Shown here: positions 9,273 through 17,305 of the stretch, piece after piece | Position numbering within the stretch: position 1 is the stretch's first letter | Layout of the letters: each line of letters begins with the position of its first letter | From: Acidobacteriota bacterium | Lineage (GTDB): Bacteria; Acidobacteriota; Aminicenantia; Aminicenantales; Saccharicenantaceae | Assembly: GCA_028749205.1 (NCBI GenBank) | Contig: JAQULR010000001.1 | Span: 62,840-126,839, forward strand | Length of the DNA stretch: 64,000 nt | Direction: 5' to 3' | Notes under the pieces: generated by a model | Seen by the model: only the letters and a program-made list of their open reading frames with translations | Told to the model about the DNA's origin: nothing | Databases searched by the model: none | Translations under genes and position numbers: made by a program

Positions 9273-11137
9273 GCTCAACAATTTTGCTATGGACCATTCT
9301 TTTCCCGGCGGTGGTGGCAATTATTCTATTCCTCATTCCTGGCAGAATTAAATTTCTGCGGGAAATCATAGCAGTTTTGGCTTCTGGGGCTCTTTTCTAT
9401 CTGGGTTTTCTACTTTTTTCTCAGAAAAACCTGTCTCTGGTTTCTGACTGGTTAGGAATGGGGATTAATTTTGACCTTCGGCTTTACCATTTTTCAGCCT
9501 TTATCCTGCTGGCCTTAGCTGGTTTTTTATTCCTGATCTGTCTGTATTCTGCAGTTAAAATGCAAAACCATCCTCGAATCCGCGAGTATTATGGGTACCT
9601 CTTCCTCGCAGCCTCGTTCTCCTTCGGAGCAGTGCTGGCCAATAATTTTATTCTGCTGATTTTTTTCTGGGAAGCTCTGCTGATAACCACTTACGCCTTG
9701 ATTACCCTGGGACTGAAGGCCACCTCTCACCGAACTGCTGTTAAGTCGCTGATTATTGGAGGTTTTTGCGATTTTTCCATGATTATGGGCATCGGTCTTC
9801 TCTGGGCTTCTACTGGTACCTTGGCTATGGACAAAATTCAGGTAGAGCCTCATGGCTTAGCCGCGGCAGCTTTTATCCTGATGATGATTGGAGCTATAGG
9901 CAAAGCCGGAGCTATGCCTTTTCATACCTGGATTCCTGATGCCGCCCTTGATGCGCCAGTCAGTTTTATGGCTTTCATGCCAGCTTCATTTGAAAAGCTC
10001 TTAGGAATTTATCTTTTGGCCAGAATTACCCTGGATTTCTTTACCCTAAGAGCAGGCAGCACCCTGGCTATCATCCTAATGATAATTGGGGCCGCCACGA
10101 TTGTCCTGGCTGTTTTCATGGCTCTTATCCAGAAGGATTTTAAGAAGCTGCTGTCTTTCCATGCTGTCAGCCAGGTAGGTTACATGGTACTTGGGATCGG
10201 CACAGCCATCCCCATCGGTATTGCTGGTGGCATCTTCCATATGATTAACCATGCTATGTATAAATGCGGGCTGTTTCTGAGTTCAGGTTCGGTGGAACAC
10301 CGGACTGGAACTACCGAGCTTAAAAAACTCGGCGGTCTGGCCCGGGAAATGCCCTGGACCGCTCTCGGGTTTTCCGTTTGTGCCCTGGCCATTTCTGGTG
10401 TTTGGCCGCTCAACGGTTTTGTTTCTAAAGAAATGGTTTTCCACGGGGCTCTGGAAACTGGCTATCCTATCTTTGCTATAGCTGCCTGGGTGGGGGCTAT
10501 TTTTACCTTTGCTTCTTTTCTCAAAGCTGGTCATTCGGTATTTTTCGGACCTCGTTCTACCGAAATCCCAAAGACTAAAGAGAGTGAAGCTCCTATTGTT
10601 TTACCCATTCTGATTTTAGCAGTCCTGTGTATCACCTTTGGCGTCTATAATAAATTGCCTCTACAAACATTCATCCAGCCTATTTTAGAAGGTAAAGTTG
10701 AGGCTGGAGTGCCTCTGGATTTTACCTCACATGCTTTAGACCTATTCAATCCTGTGGCCGGAGTTTCCATCCTCTGTTTGATTATTGCCCTGGGTCTCCA
10801 CTTTTATGGCTGGAATCGTGGTGGAAGAAAAGCTTATTTAGCTTCAGAACCGATTCATAACCTGCCAGTACTCAGACAACTCTATGATTTATCAGAGGCT
10901 CGCTTTTTTGACCTTTATGAACAGGGCGTGAAATTCTTGCAGTGGCTATCTAAGGTCCTTTTCAGATTCATAGATCGCCCGATTGATTATATTTATGAAA
11001 AAGTCGTGGTATCAATTGGCCGCACCTTCACCGGCCTGCTGCAGAAAGCCCACAACGGCCAGTATGCCAATTATCTGGCCTGGACTATCGGCGGCCTGGT
11101 GGCTGTGGTCTGGATAATACTTGAGTTATTAAAATAG
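9269..11137 (+). CDS. NuoL/MrpA-type antiporter-like subunit with a C-terminal amphipathic extension
   Basis: ~622 aa. Motifs HTWIPDA and LLSFHAVSQVGYM. The long C-terminal helix plus a last TM (..FFDLYEQGVKFLQWLSKVLFRFID..AWTIGGLVAVVWIILELL) resembles a NuoL/MbhH lateral helix. The ATG at 9269 overlaps the upstream stop as ATGA. The track start at 9260 is a GTG. Confidence 0.85.
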   Translation: MSSTILLWTILFPAVVAIILFLIPGRIKFLREIIAVLASGALFYLGFLLFSQKNLSLVSDWLGMGINFDLRLYHFSAFILLALAGFLFLICLYSAVKMQNHPRIREYYGYLFLAASFSFGAVLANNFILLIFFWEALLITTYALITLGLKATSHRTAVKSLIIGGFCDFSMIMGIGLLWASTGTLAMDKIQVEPHGLAAAAFILMMIGAIGKAGAMPFHTWIPDAALDAPVSFMAFMPASFEKLLGIYLLARITLDFFTLRAGSTLAIILMIIGAATIVLAVFMALIQKDFKKLLSFHAVSQVGYMVLGIGTAIPIGIAGGIFHMINHAMYKCGLFLSSGSVEHRTGTTELKKLGGLAREMPWTALGFSVCALAISGVWPLNGFVSKEMVFHGALETGYPIFAIAAWVGAIFTFASFLKAGHSVFFGPRSTEIPKTKESEAPIVLPILILAVLCITFGVYNKLPLQTFIQPILEGKVEAGVPLDFTSHALDLFNPVAGVSILCLIIALGLHFYGWNRGGRKAYLASEPIHNLPVLRQLYDLSEARFFDLYEQGVKFLQWLSKVLFRFIDRPIDYIYEKVVVSIGRTFTGLLQKAHNGQYANYLAWTIGGLVAVVWIILELLK

Positions 11138-11147
11138 AGGAGGAGCG

Positions 11148-12626
11148 GTGGTTTTTTCATTTATTGTTATCCCTTTATTAGTAGCTGCCTTTCTGCCTCT
11201 TATAGGGAAAATCTCCAAAAAATTGCTTCCAGATGTCTTGACCAACGCCGCTCTGGCTTTCCTGTTGTTCAACTCCATCTTGCTGGTCAAGCCAATTTTT
11301 ACTAATGGCTTCATCATTCAGAACCTGAGCTGGTTAGGAGAAAAAGTCAACCTGCAAATAGCTCTTGATGGCTTCAGTTTGTTCATGCTTTTCACTATCT
11401 CACTTGTCAGTCTGTGCGTTAGTTTGTTTTCTATTGATTACTTAGAGCATTATGGGCACAAAGCTAACTTTTACGCCCTATTCCTGGTTATGATCGCCGC
11501 CATGAACGGCTTGGTCCTGGTGCCAGATTTGTTTTCTGTGTATCTGTTTATGGAGGTGGCCGCGGTTGCTTCCTATGCCCTGGTAGCTTTTGGCCTTGGC
11601 TCTGATGAGTTAGAGGCATCTTATAAATATTTAATGCTTTCCGTAGTAGCTTCAGCCTTTGTTCTGCTAAGTATTACTGTCATTTTTGGCCTGACGGGAA
11701 ATCTGAGCTTTCAGGCAGTAGCCCAGGGCCTGCAGGACTTGAATGCTCGGATAGTATTAGGGGTCTGTGTGGCTTTTTTCATCATGGGTTTTGGGCTGAA
11801 GGCTGCTTTAATCCCCTTCCACGCCTGGTTGCCGGATGCTCATCCTTCCGCCCCAGCTCCTATCTCAGCCATGCTGTCAGGTTTACTGATTAAGGTTTCG
11901 GGTATCTATGCTCTGTTCAGAATCCTTTACAGTGTCATCGGTCTGTCGCCAGCTTTATCTCGCCTGTTAATGGCTTTAGGCATAATTTCAGTATTGGTGG
12001 CAGCTCTCCTGGCGCTTGGCCAGAAAGACATAAAACGTATGCTGGCTTATTCTTCCATCAGTCAGGTGGGCTATATTGTTCTCGGGCTGGCTCTGGGCAC
12101 TCCTCTGGGCATTGCTGGAGGCCTATTTCATCTTTTCAATCATGCCACCGCCAAGGGGCTGCTGTTCTTGAACTCCGGTTCTATTCAGCATATCACCGGC
12201 ACCAGGAATTTAGACGAGCTGGGCGGTTTGGGTAAAAAAGTCCCAATCACAAGCGGCACCAATCTGGTCGGGGCTTTATCTATCGCCGGGGTGCCTCCGC
12301 TGGCCGGCTTTTGGAGCAAACTGATTATCATTATTGCCCTTGTCCAGGCTAAGGCATTTGGCTATGCTCTCGTGGCGATTTTAGCTAGCATCTTGACCCT
12401 CTGGTACTATCTGCTGATCCAGAGAAAGGCTTTCTTTGGCCAGGTCAGAGAAAAATGGCAACAGGTCAGAGAAGCACCGTTCTGGATGTCTGCGGCCAAT
12501 ATCATCCTGGCTCTGATCTGTCTTCTGGTGGGCATTTTCTTTACTCCTGTCTACAAGACCTGGATTTCGCCAGCAGCCGAGGCTTTGGCCAGGGGAATTC
12601 ATCAGGTGCTAATGTGGGGGCTATAA
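11148..12626 (+). CDS. Antiporter-like subunit (MrpD/NuoM family)
   Basis: 492 aa. Motifs PFHAWLPDAHPSAPAPISAMLSGLLIKVSGIY and MLAYSSISQVGY. GTG start preceded by AGAGGAGGAG. Confidence 0.85.
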   Translation: MVFSFIVIPLLVAAFLPLIGKISKKLLPDVLTNAALAFLLFNSILLVKPIFTNGFIIQNLSWLGEKVNLQIALDGFSLFMLFTISLVSLCVSLFSIDYLEHYGHKANFYALFLVMIAAMNGLVLVPDLFSVYLFMEVAAVASYALVAFGLGSDELEASYKYLMLSVVASAFVLLSITVIFGLTGNLSFQAVAQGLQDLNARIVLGVCVAFFIMGFGLKAALIPFHAWLPDAHPSAPAPISAMLSGLLIKVSGIYALFRILYSVIGLSPALSRLLMALGIISVLVAALLALGQKDIKRMLAYSSISQVGYIVLGLALGTPLGIAGGLFHLFNHATAKGLLFLNSGSIQHITGTRNLDELGGLGKKVPITSGTNLVGALSIAGVPPLAGFWSKLIIIIALVQAKAFGYALVAILASILTLWYYLLIQRKAFFGQVREKWQQVREAPFWMSAANIILALICLLVGIFFTPVYKTWISPAAEALARGIHQVLMWGL

Positions 12627-12627
12627 A

Positions 12628-13116
12628 ATGGCAATTCAAATAATTTTGCTCTGTGGTTTGATAATCTTTTCCGTTCTGGCCATCTTGCTAAAGGACCTGA
12701 TCAAAGCAGCTCTGTCTTTAGCTGTAGCCAGTTTGTTCCTGGGAATCATTTTCTTTCTATTAGCCGCCCCCTATGCCGGAGTATTTGAAATCTCGGTAGT
12801 AGCCGGGCTCATCACAGTTTTATTCGTCTTGACTATTGCCTTGACCAAAAAAGACGGAGAGGTAAAAGAATCCAGGATAGTGCATCTGGCCTTCCCAATT
12901 TTCTTCATTCTGTTTATCGTTATAGACGGGCTGGTAATGAAATCGCTGCTACAGAAGATTCCAGTTTTACCCATCGGGCCTGAAGCTGGAACCTTTGGAG
13001 AAGTTCTCTGGAAACAGAGAACCTTCGACTTAGTGGCCCAGATTGGGATCATCTTGGCCGGCGTCCTGGCCGTCCTGGCTTTATTCAGGAAAAAGGAAGA
13101 AGATAAAGATGAGTAA
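12628..13116 (+). CDS. Small membrane subunit, MbhD/MbhE (MrpB-like, NuoJ-related) fusion
   Basis: 162 aa with ~4 TM segments. The N-terminal half (..LLAAPYAGVFEISVVAGLITVLFVL) resembles the DUF4040/MbhD-NuoJ core. The assignment rests on pattern and operon position only. Confidence 0.6.
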   Translation: MAIQIILLCGLIIFSVLAILLKDLIKAALSLAVASLFLGIIFFLLAAPYAGVFEISVVAGLITVLFVLTIALTKKDGEVKESRIVHLAFPIFFILFIVIDGLVMKSLLQKIPVLPIGPEAGTFGEVLWKQRTFDLVAQIGIILAGVLAVLALFRKKEEDKDE

Positions 13117-13417
13117 CCTGTGGTTTTTATATTTATTCTTTTCGGCTCTGCTGATTTTTATAGGCATTTACTGCCTTTTGACCATGCGCAACTTGATTAA
13201 ACTGTTCATCGCCATTGAAATCATCAGCAAGGGAGTCAGCCTGGCGATTGTAGCTACAGGCGCGGTGAACAACAATGTCCTGCTAGCCCAGAGCTTAGCT
13301 ATAACCTATATAGTTATAGAGGTCTGCCTGGTGGCCACCGCCCTGGCCTTGATTATAAATATTTATAAAAAGAACAAAAGCCTGGACGTCCGTTTACTTT
13401 CAAAACTGAAGGGATAA
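13109..13417 (+). CDS. MrpC/MnhC (NuoK-like) small membrane subunit
   Basis: ~102 aa with 3 TM segments, starting MSNLWFLYLFFSALLIFIGIYCLLTMRNLIKLFIAIEIISKGV (NuoK/MnhC pattern). ATG at 13109 follows AAGGAAGAAG. The track ORF starts upstream, at 13043. Confidence 0.75.
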   Translation: MSNLWFLYLFFSALLIFIGIYCLLTMRNLIKLFIAIEIISKGVSLAIVATGAVNNNVLLAQSLAITYIVIEVCLVATALALIINIYKKNKSLDVRLLSKLKG

Positions 13418-13420
13418 GCC

Positions 13421-13765
13421 ATGAAAGGATTGGAAATTTTACTATCTCCTCCGGTAGCTTTTATTTTCTTGCTGGTGATTGCCTTTCTGCTCTACCCAAT
13501 CGGGCGGGCTATGGCTCCTAAGCTCAAGAAAACTCCTGGCAAGCTCTCCACTTATGCCTGCGGCGAAGATATTCCCGGAGAGAAGGTTCAGTTTGGCTTT
13601 CGCCTCTTCTACACTTTTGCCTTATTCTTTACGATCATGCATGTAGCAGCCCTGGTAATCGCTACCATTCCCGTTGGGAAAATAGCCTATTTGGGCATTA
13701 TTTATTTGATAATGATATTTCTGGCCATTGCGGCTCTGATAATGAGGAGCGGAAATGCTGACTAA
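13421..13765 (+). CDS. NuoA/MbhI-like small membrane subunit
   Basis: 114 aa. YACGEDIPGEKV followed by FYTFALFFTIMHV resembles the NuoA YECG...F-x-ifd motif. Sits directly upstream of the NuoB-like gene. Confidence 0.6.
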   Translation: MKGLEILLSPPVAFIFLLVIAFLLYPIGRAMAPKLKKTPGKLSTYACGEDIPGEKVQFGFRLFYTFALFFTIMHVAALVIATIPVGKIAYLGIIYLIMIFLAIAALIMRSGNAD

Positions 13766-14186
13766 ACTCACTCACTGGTCGAGGTTGAAATCGCCCTGGA
13801 TCTTACACTTAAACACTGGGGCTTGCAATGCCTGTGACATTGAAGTAGTAGCCGCCCTGACACCCCGTTTTGACGTCGAGCGGTTTGGCATCTTGCTTAA
13901 AGCCACCCCCAGGCATGCTGACGTTATCGTCTGTACTGGCCCGGCTACCCGGCAGATGAAAGACCGGCTGCTCAGGATTTATGAACAGACTCCTGAGCCG
14001 AAGTTTGTCATGGCTGTCGGGGCCTGTGCTATGTCAGGATGTGTTTACCGTGGGGCTTACAATGTTATAGGAGGTATCGACCAGCTCATCCCGGTAGATG
14101 TATATGTCCCAGGTTGTCCAGTCCGCCCTGACGCTGTTATTGACGGGGTGGTCAAACTCCTGAATAAATTGAAGGGAATCGAATAA
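13755..14186 (+). CDS. [NiFe]-hydrogenase small subunit, NuoB-like (proximal 4Fe-4S)
   Basis: 143 aa. Cys ligands GACNACDIE, GACAMSG and VPGCPVRP, as in MbhJ/EchC/NuoB. Confidence 0.9.
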   Translation: MLTKLTHWSRLKSPWILHLNTGACNACDIEVVAALTPRFDVERFGILLKATPRHADVIVCTGPATRQMKDRLLRIYEQTPEPKFVMAVGACAMSGCVYRGAYNVIGGIDQLIPVDVYVPGCPVRPDAVIDGVVKLLNKLKGIE

Positions 14187-14187
14187 A

Positions 14188-14661
14188 ATGAATGATCAGT
14201 TTTTGATTGATAAAGCCCGAGAAAACCTTAAAGAGAAAATAGTAGAAATAACCAATCCGGCCCGGCGGCGGATTTTTCTTGAAGTAGGAATAGACGATCT
14301 CCTGGCCTCAGTTAGCTGGCTTAAAAATGACCTGGGCTTTACTCATCTTTCAACCATAAGTGGAGTAGATTTGGGAGAGACCTTTGAGGTTATCTATCAT
14401 TTTGCGAATAACTATTGCTGTTTAAATATCAGGGTAAAAATTCCCCGAGATAATCCTCTGCTGCCCAGCATCTGTGAATTAATCCCGGGTGCCATTCTCT
14501 ACGAACGTGAGATAAAAGAGATGTTTGGCTTGACTGTTCAGAACATACCGGACGGGAGACCACTCCTCCTGCCCGATGACTGGCCGGCTGGCAATTATCC
14601 TTTGCGCAAAGACTGGAAGTATGAAAGGCCGCCTGAAGTCATCCCCGGAGGTGAAAAATGA
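14188..14661 (+). CDS. NuoC-like hydrogenase subunit (MbhK/EchD-type)
   Basis: 157 aa. The motif YEREIKEMFGL..PDGRPLLLPDDWP is typical of the NuoC/30-kDa family. Confidence 0.85.
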   Translation: MNDQFLIDKARENLKEKIVEITNPARRRIFLEVGIDDLLASVSWLKNDLGFTHLSTISGVDLGETFEVIYHFANNYCCLNIRVKIPRDNPLLPSICELIPGAILYEREIKEMFGLTVQNIPDGRPLLLPDDWPAGNYPLRKDWKYERPPEVIPGGEK

Positions 14662-15860
14662 ATTTTCAGATTCCCATCGGTCCGCAACACCCAGCCTTAA
14701 AAGAACCTATCGGTCTTCGGATAACTGTTGAGGGCGAAATTATTCGAGACGCTGATATTCGCCTTGGTTACAACCACCGGGGAATTGAAAAACTGGCCGA
14801 GCAAAAGACCTGGATTCAGAACGTCTATCTAACCGAGCGTATCTGCGGGATTTGCTCTCATTCTCACACCACCTGCTATGTTCAGGGTGTAGAAAAGTTA
14901 ATGGAGCTGGAAACACCTAAGCGCGGCCTTTATATCAGGATGCTGATCTCTGAGCTGGAGAGAATCCACAGCCATCTTCTGTGGCTGGGTGTGGCCGGAC
15001 ACGAAGCCGGTTTTGATAGTTTCTTCATGTATGTCTGGCGGGACCGGGAGATTGTTATGGATATCCTGGAGACTATTTCCGGCAATCGCGTCCACTATGC
15101 TATCAATACGATTGGGGGCGTTCGGCGCGACTTGGACGAGTTGCAGGTGAAACGGATTCTGGATTCCCTGGAGGTATTAAGAAGGCGTAGCCAATATTAT
15201 CTGAATCTTGGCACTACTGAACCCAGCTTTGTAGCCAGGCTGGCGAGAGTTGGCTACCTCTCCAGGGAAGATGCTCTGTCCCTTTGTGCCGTTGGTCCGA
15301 CATTAAGGGCTTCTGGCGTTCCCATGGATGTCCGCAAAGACGACCCTTATGCTGCCTATGATGAAGTGCCTTTTGAAGTTTGCACCGCTGGCACCTGCGA
15401 TGTCCTGGGCCGGACTGTAGTTCGAATCAAAGAATTATTTCAGAGCTATAACATTATAGAATATTTAATGAAAAATCTCCCGACTGGGCCGATTGCTGTC
15501 CGAGCTCCCAGGAGAGCCAAGCCCAATGAAGTAGTCAGCCGTTACGAAGCTCCCCGAGGCGAGAACCTTCACTACATCAAAAGCAATGGCTCTGACAAAC
15601 CCGAAAGGCTAAAAGTCCGGGCCCCAACTCTAGGCAATTATGCAGCTACTATCAAGATGCTTAAGAATGGCTTTATAGCCGATGTCCCTCTGATTTTTGC
15701 TGCTATTGACCCCTGTATCTGCTGCGCTGAACGGGCCGTGGCCTTAATTGATGCTCGGACAGGTCAGGAAAAAATAATGTCTTTAAAGAGCTTGAAAGAA
15801 CTGAGTCTAAAAGTCTCACCTACCACTACCAGAAAGAGGGAAATAGAATGGCCACTGTAA
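14658..15860 (+). CDS. Group 4 [NiFe]-hydrogenase large (catalytic) subunit, NuoD-like
   Basis: 400 aa. The N-terminal L1 motif RICGICSHSH (aa 61-70) and C-terminal L2 motif DPCICCAER (aa 351-359) are both intact, followed by a 41-aa tail. Confidence 0.9.
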   Translation: MNFQIPIGPQHPALKEPIGLRITVEGEIIRDADIRLGYNHRGIEKLAEQKTWIQNVYLTERICGICSHSHTTCYVQGVEKLMELETPKRGLYIRMLISELERIHSHLLWLGVAGHEAGFDSFFMYVWRDREIVMDILETISGNRVHYAINTIGGVRRDLDELQVKRILDSLEVLRRRSQYYLNLGTTEPSFVARLARVGYLSREDALSLCAVGPTLRASGVPMDVRKDDPYAAYDEVPFEVCTAGTCDVLGRTVVRIKELFQSYNIIEYLMKNLPTGPIAVRAPRRAKPNEVVSRYEAPRGENLHYIKSNGSDKPERLKVRAPTLGNYAATIKMLKNGFIADVPLIFAAIDPCICCAERAVALIDARTGQEKIMSLKSLKELSLKVSPTTTRKREIEWPL

Positions 15861-16819
15861 ACACTCTGATTTATCTAATTATCTATCCTGGTCTTCTGTT
15901 CATCTTTCTTTACTCAACTTTTGTTGAATGGTATGATAGGAAGCTCTATGCTCGCCTTCAAAACCGAATGGGGCCAACGCACACTGGTCCGTCAGGGTTG
16001 TTGCAACCTATAGCTGATTTCTTTAAGTTAATGGCTAAAGAAGACATCACCCCAGAGCGGGCTGATAAAACCATGTTTGCGGCTTTACCTCCTTTCGGTT
16101 TGGCCATTGTCTCAACCGCCATGCTGCTCCTCCCTGTCTGGAACTACAGCCTTGAACAATCTTCTCTGACCTCTTTTAATGGGGATATTATTGTCCTGCT
16201 ATATCTGCTTAGCTTACCGACTTTTATTTTCTTCCTGGCCGGTTGGTCATCCACTAACCTGTTCTCTACCATCGGAGGAGCCAGGGTGTTGACCATGTTG
16301 TTTGGTTATGAAGTGCCGCTCTTTCTGGCTGTTCTGAGCCCGGCAGTTCTGGCAGATTCCTGGCGCCTGGCTGAAATCGCTGCCTTTTACCGACAGCAGC
16401 CGGCCTTAGCTCTGGTAAATCTTTTAGGATTTATTATTGCCCTGATTTGTGTGCAGGCTAAACTGGAGAGGACTCCTTTTGACATTCCCCATGCCGAAAC
16501 TGAAATAGTCGGCGGAACTTTTACTGAATATTCCGGCAAGAAATTGGCAGTGTTCCGTCTAATGCTGGATGTGGAGATGGTGGTAGCCGCCGGTCTTATT
16601 GCCACTGTTTTCTTAGGCGGTTTCCCCGGAGGACCGATCCTCGGTTTGATTAATTTTATTATTAAAACCCTGTTAGTGGTTTTCTTCCTGTCATTAATTC
16701 GGGCAACAACTTCCAGGATCAGGGTAGATCAAGTAGTCAGCTTTGCCTGGAAATATTTAGCTCCGCTGGCGGTCCTCCAGCTTCTAATCGTAATTATTGT
16801 TAAGGGGTTGATCTCATGA
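15848..16819 (+). CDS. NuoH/HycD/MbhM-like integral membrane subunit
   Basis: 323 aa. The N-terminus ...EWYDRKLYARLQNRMGPTHTGPSGLLQPIADFFKL is the NuoH-family signature. Confidence 0.9.
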   Translation: MATVNTLIYLIIYPGLLFIFLYSTFVEWYDRKLYARLQNRMGPTHTGPSGLLQPIADFFKLMAKEDITPERADKTMFAALPPFGLAIVSTAMLLLPVWNYSLEQSSLTSFNGDIIVLLYLLSLPTFIFFLAGWSSTNLFSTIGGARVLTMLFGYEVPLFLAVLSPAVLADSWRLAEIAAFYRQQPALALVNLLGFIIALICVQAKLERTPFDIPHAETEIVGGTFTEYSGKKLAVFRLMLDVEMVVAAGLIATVFLGGFPGGPILGLINFIIKTLLVVFFLSLIRATTSRIRVDQVVSFAWKYLAPLAVLQLLIVIIVKGLIS

Positions 16820-17211
16820 AGATAGGGGTTTTTATCCCAGAACTTATCAGACATCTTTTTAGGACACCTGCAACTGTAGACTATCCCTTTAAGAAGCTAG
16901 AAGTTCCGAAGAGTTTCCGGGGCTCCCCCTATCTACAACCTGAACTATGCATCGTTTGCCGGGCCTGTGAGCGCGACTGCCCGGCTGAAGCCATAGAAAT
17001 CAACACAGTTAAAGAGGAAGAAAAAATTTTTAGCTTGGTTATCTATAATGACCGGTGTATTCATTGTGCCCAGTGTGTGGATTCCTGTCCCACTAAAGCA
17101 ATGCAGATGGATGAGAAATTTGAAATTTCCAACTTCAACCGTCATAACCTTAAAATGGATTGGGAATTTGTCCGGGCAGCGGTCAAACCCAAAGCTGAAA
17201 ATAAAAGCTGA
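16816..17211 (+). CDS. NuoI/MbhN-like 2x[4Fe-4S] ferredoxin subunit
   Basis: 131 aa with two CxxCxxCxxxCP motifs (CIVCRACERDCP, CIHCAQCVDSCP). Confidence 0.9.
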   Translation: MKIGVFIPELIRHLFRTPATVDYPFKKLEVPKSFRGSPYLQPELCIVCRACERDCPAEAIEINTVKEEEKIFSLVIYNDRCIHCAQCVDSCPTKAMQMDEKFEISNFNRHNLKMDWEFVRAAVKPKAENKS

Positions 17212-17256
17212 TACTTAGCACCAATTAAAACGCATCAGCACTGTCGCTAATGGGGG

Positions 17257-17276
17257 CTATTAATAAATAATCCAGG
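17257..17276. repeat. Member D of the dispersed intergenic motif family (CTATTAATAAATAATCCAGG)
   Basis: Contains the 11-mer AATAATCCAGG, identical to 24307-24317. 17 of 20 positions match site A. Lies between the convergent hydrogenase-operon and dnaN 3' ends. Confidence 0.4.
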
Positions 17277-17305
17277 TCAAGTTATTGAACGCCTCAGATG
17301 ATTTC

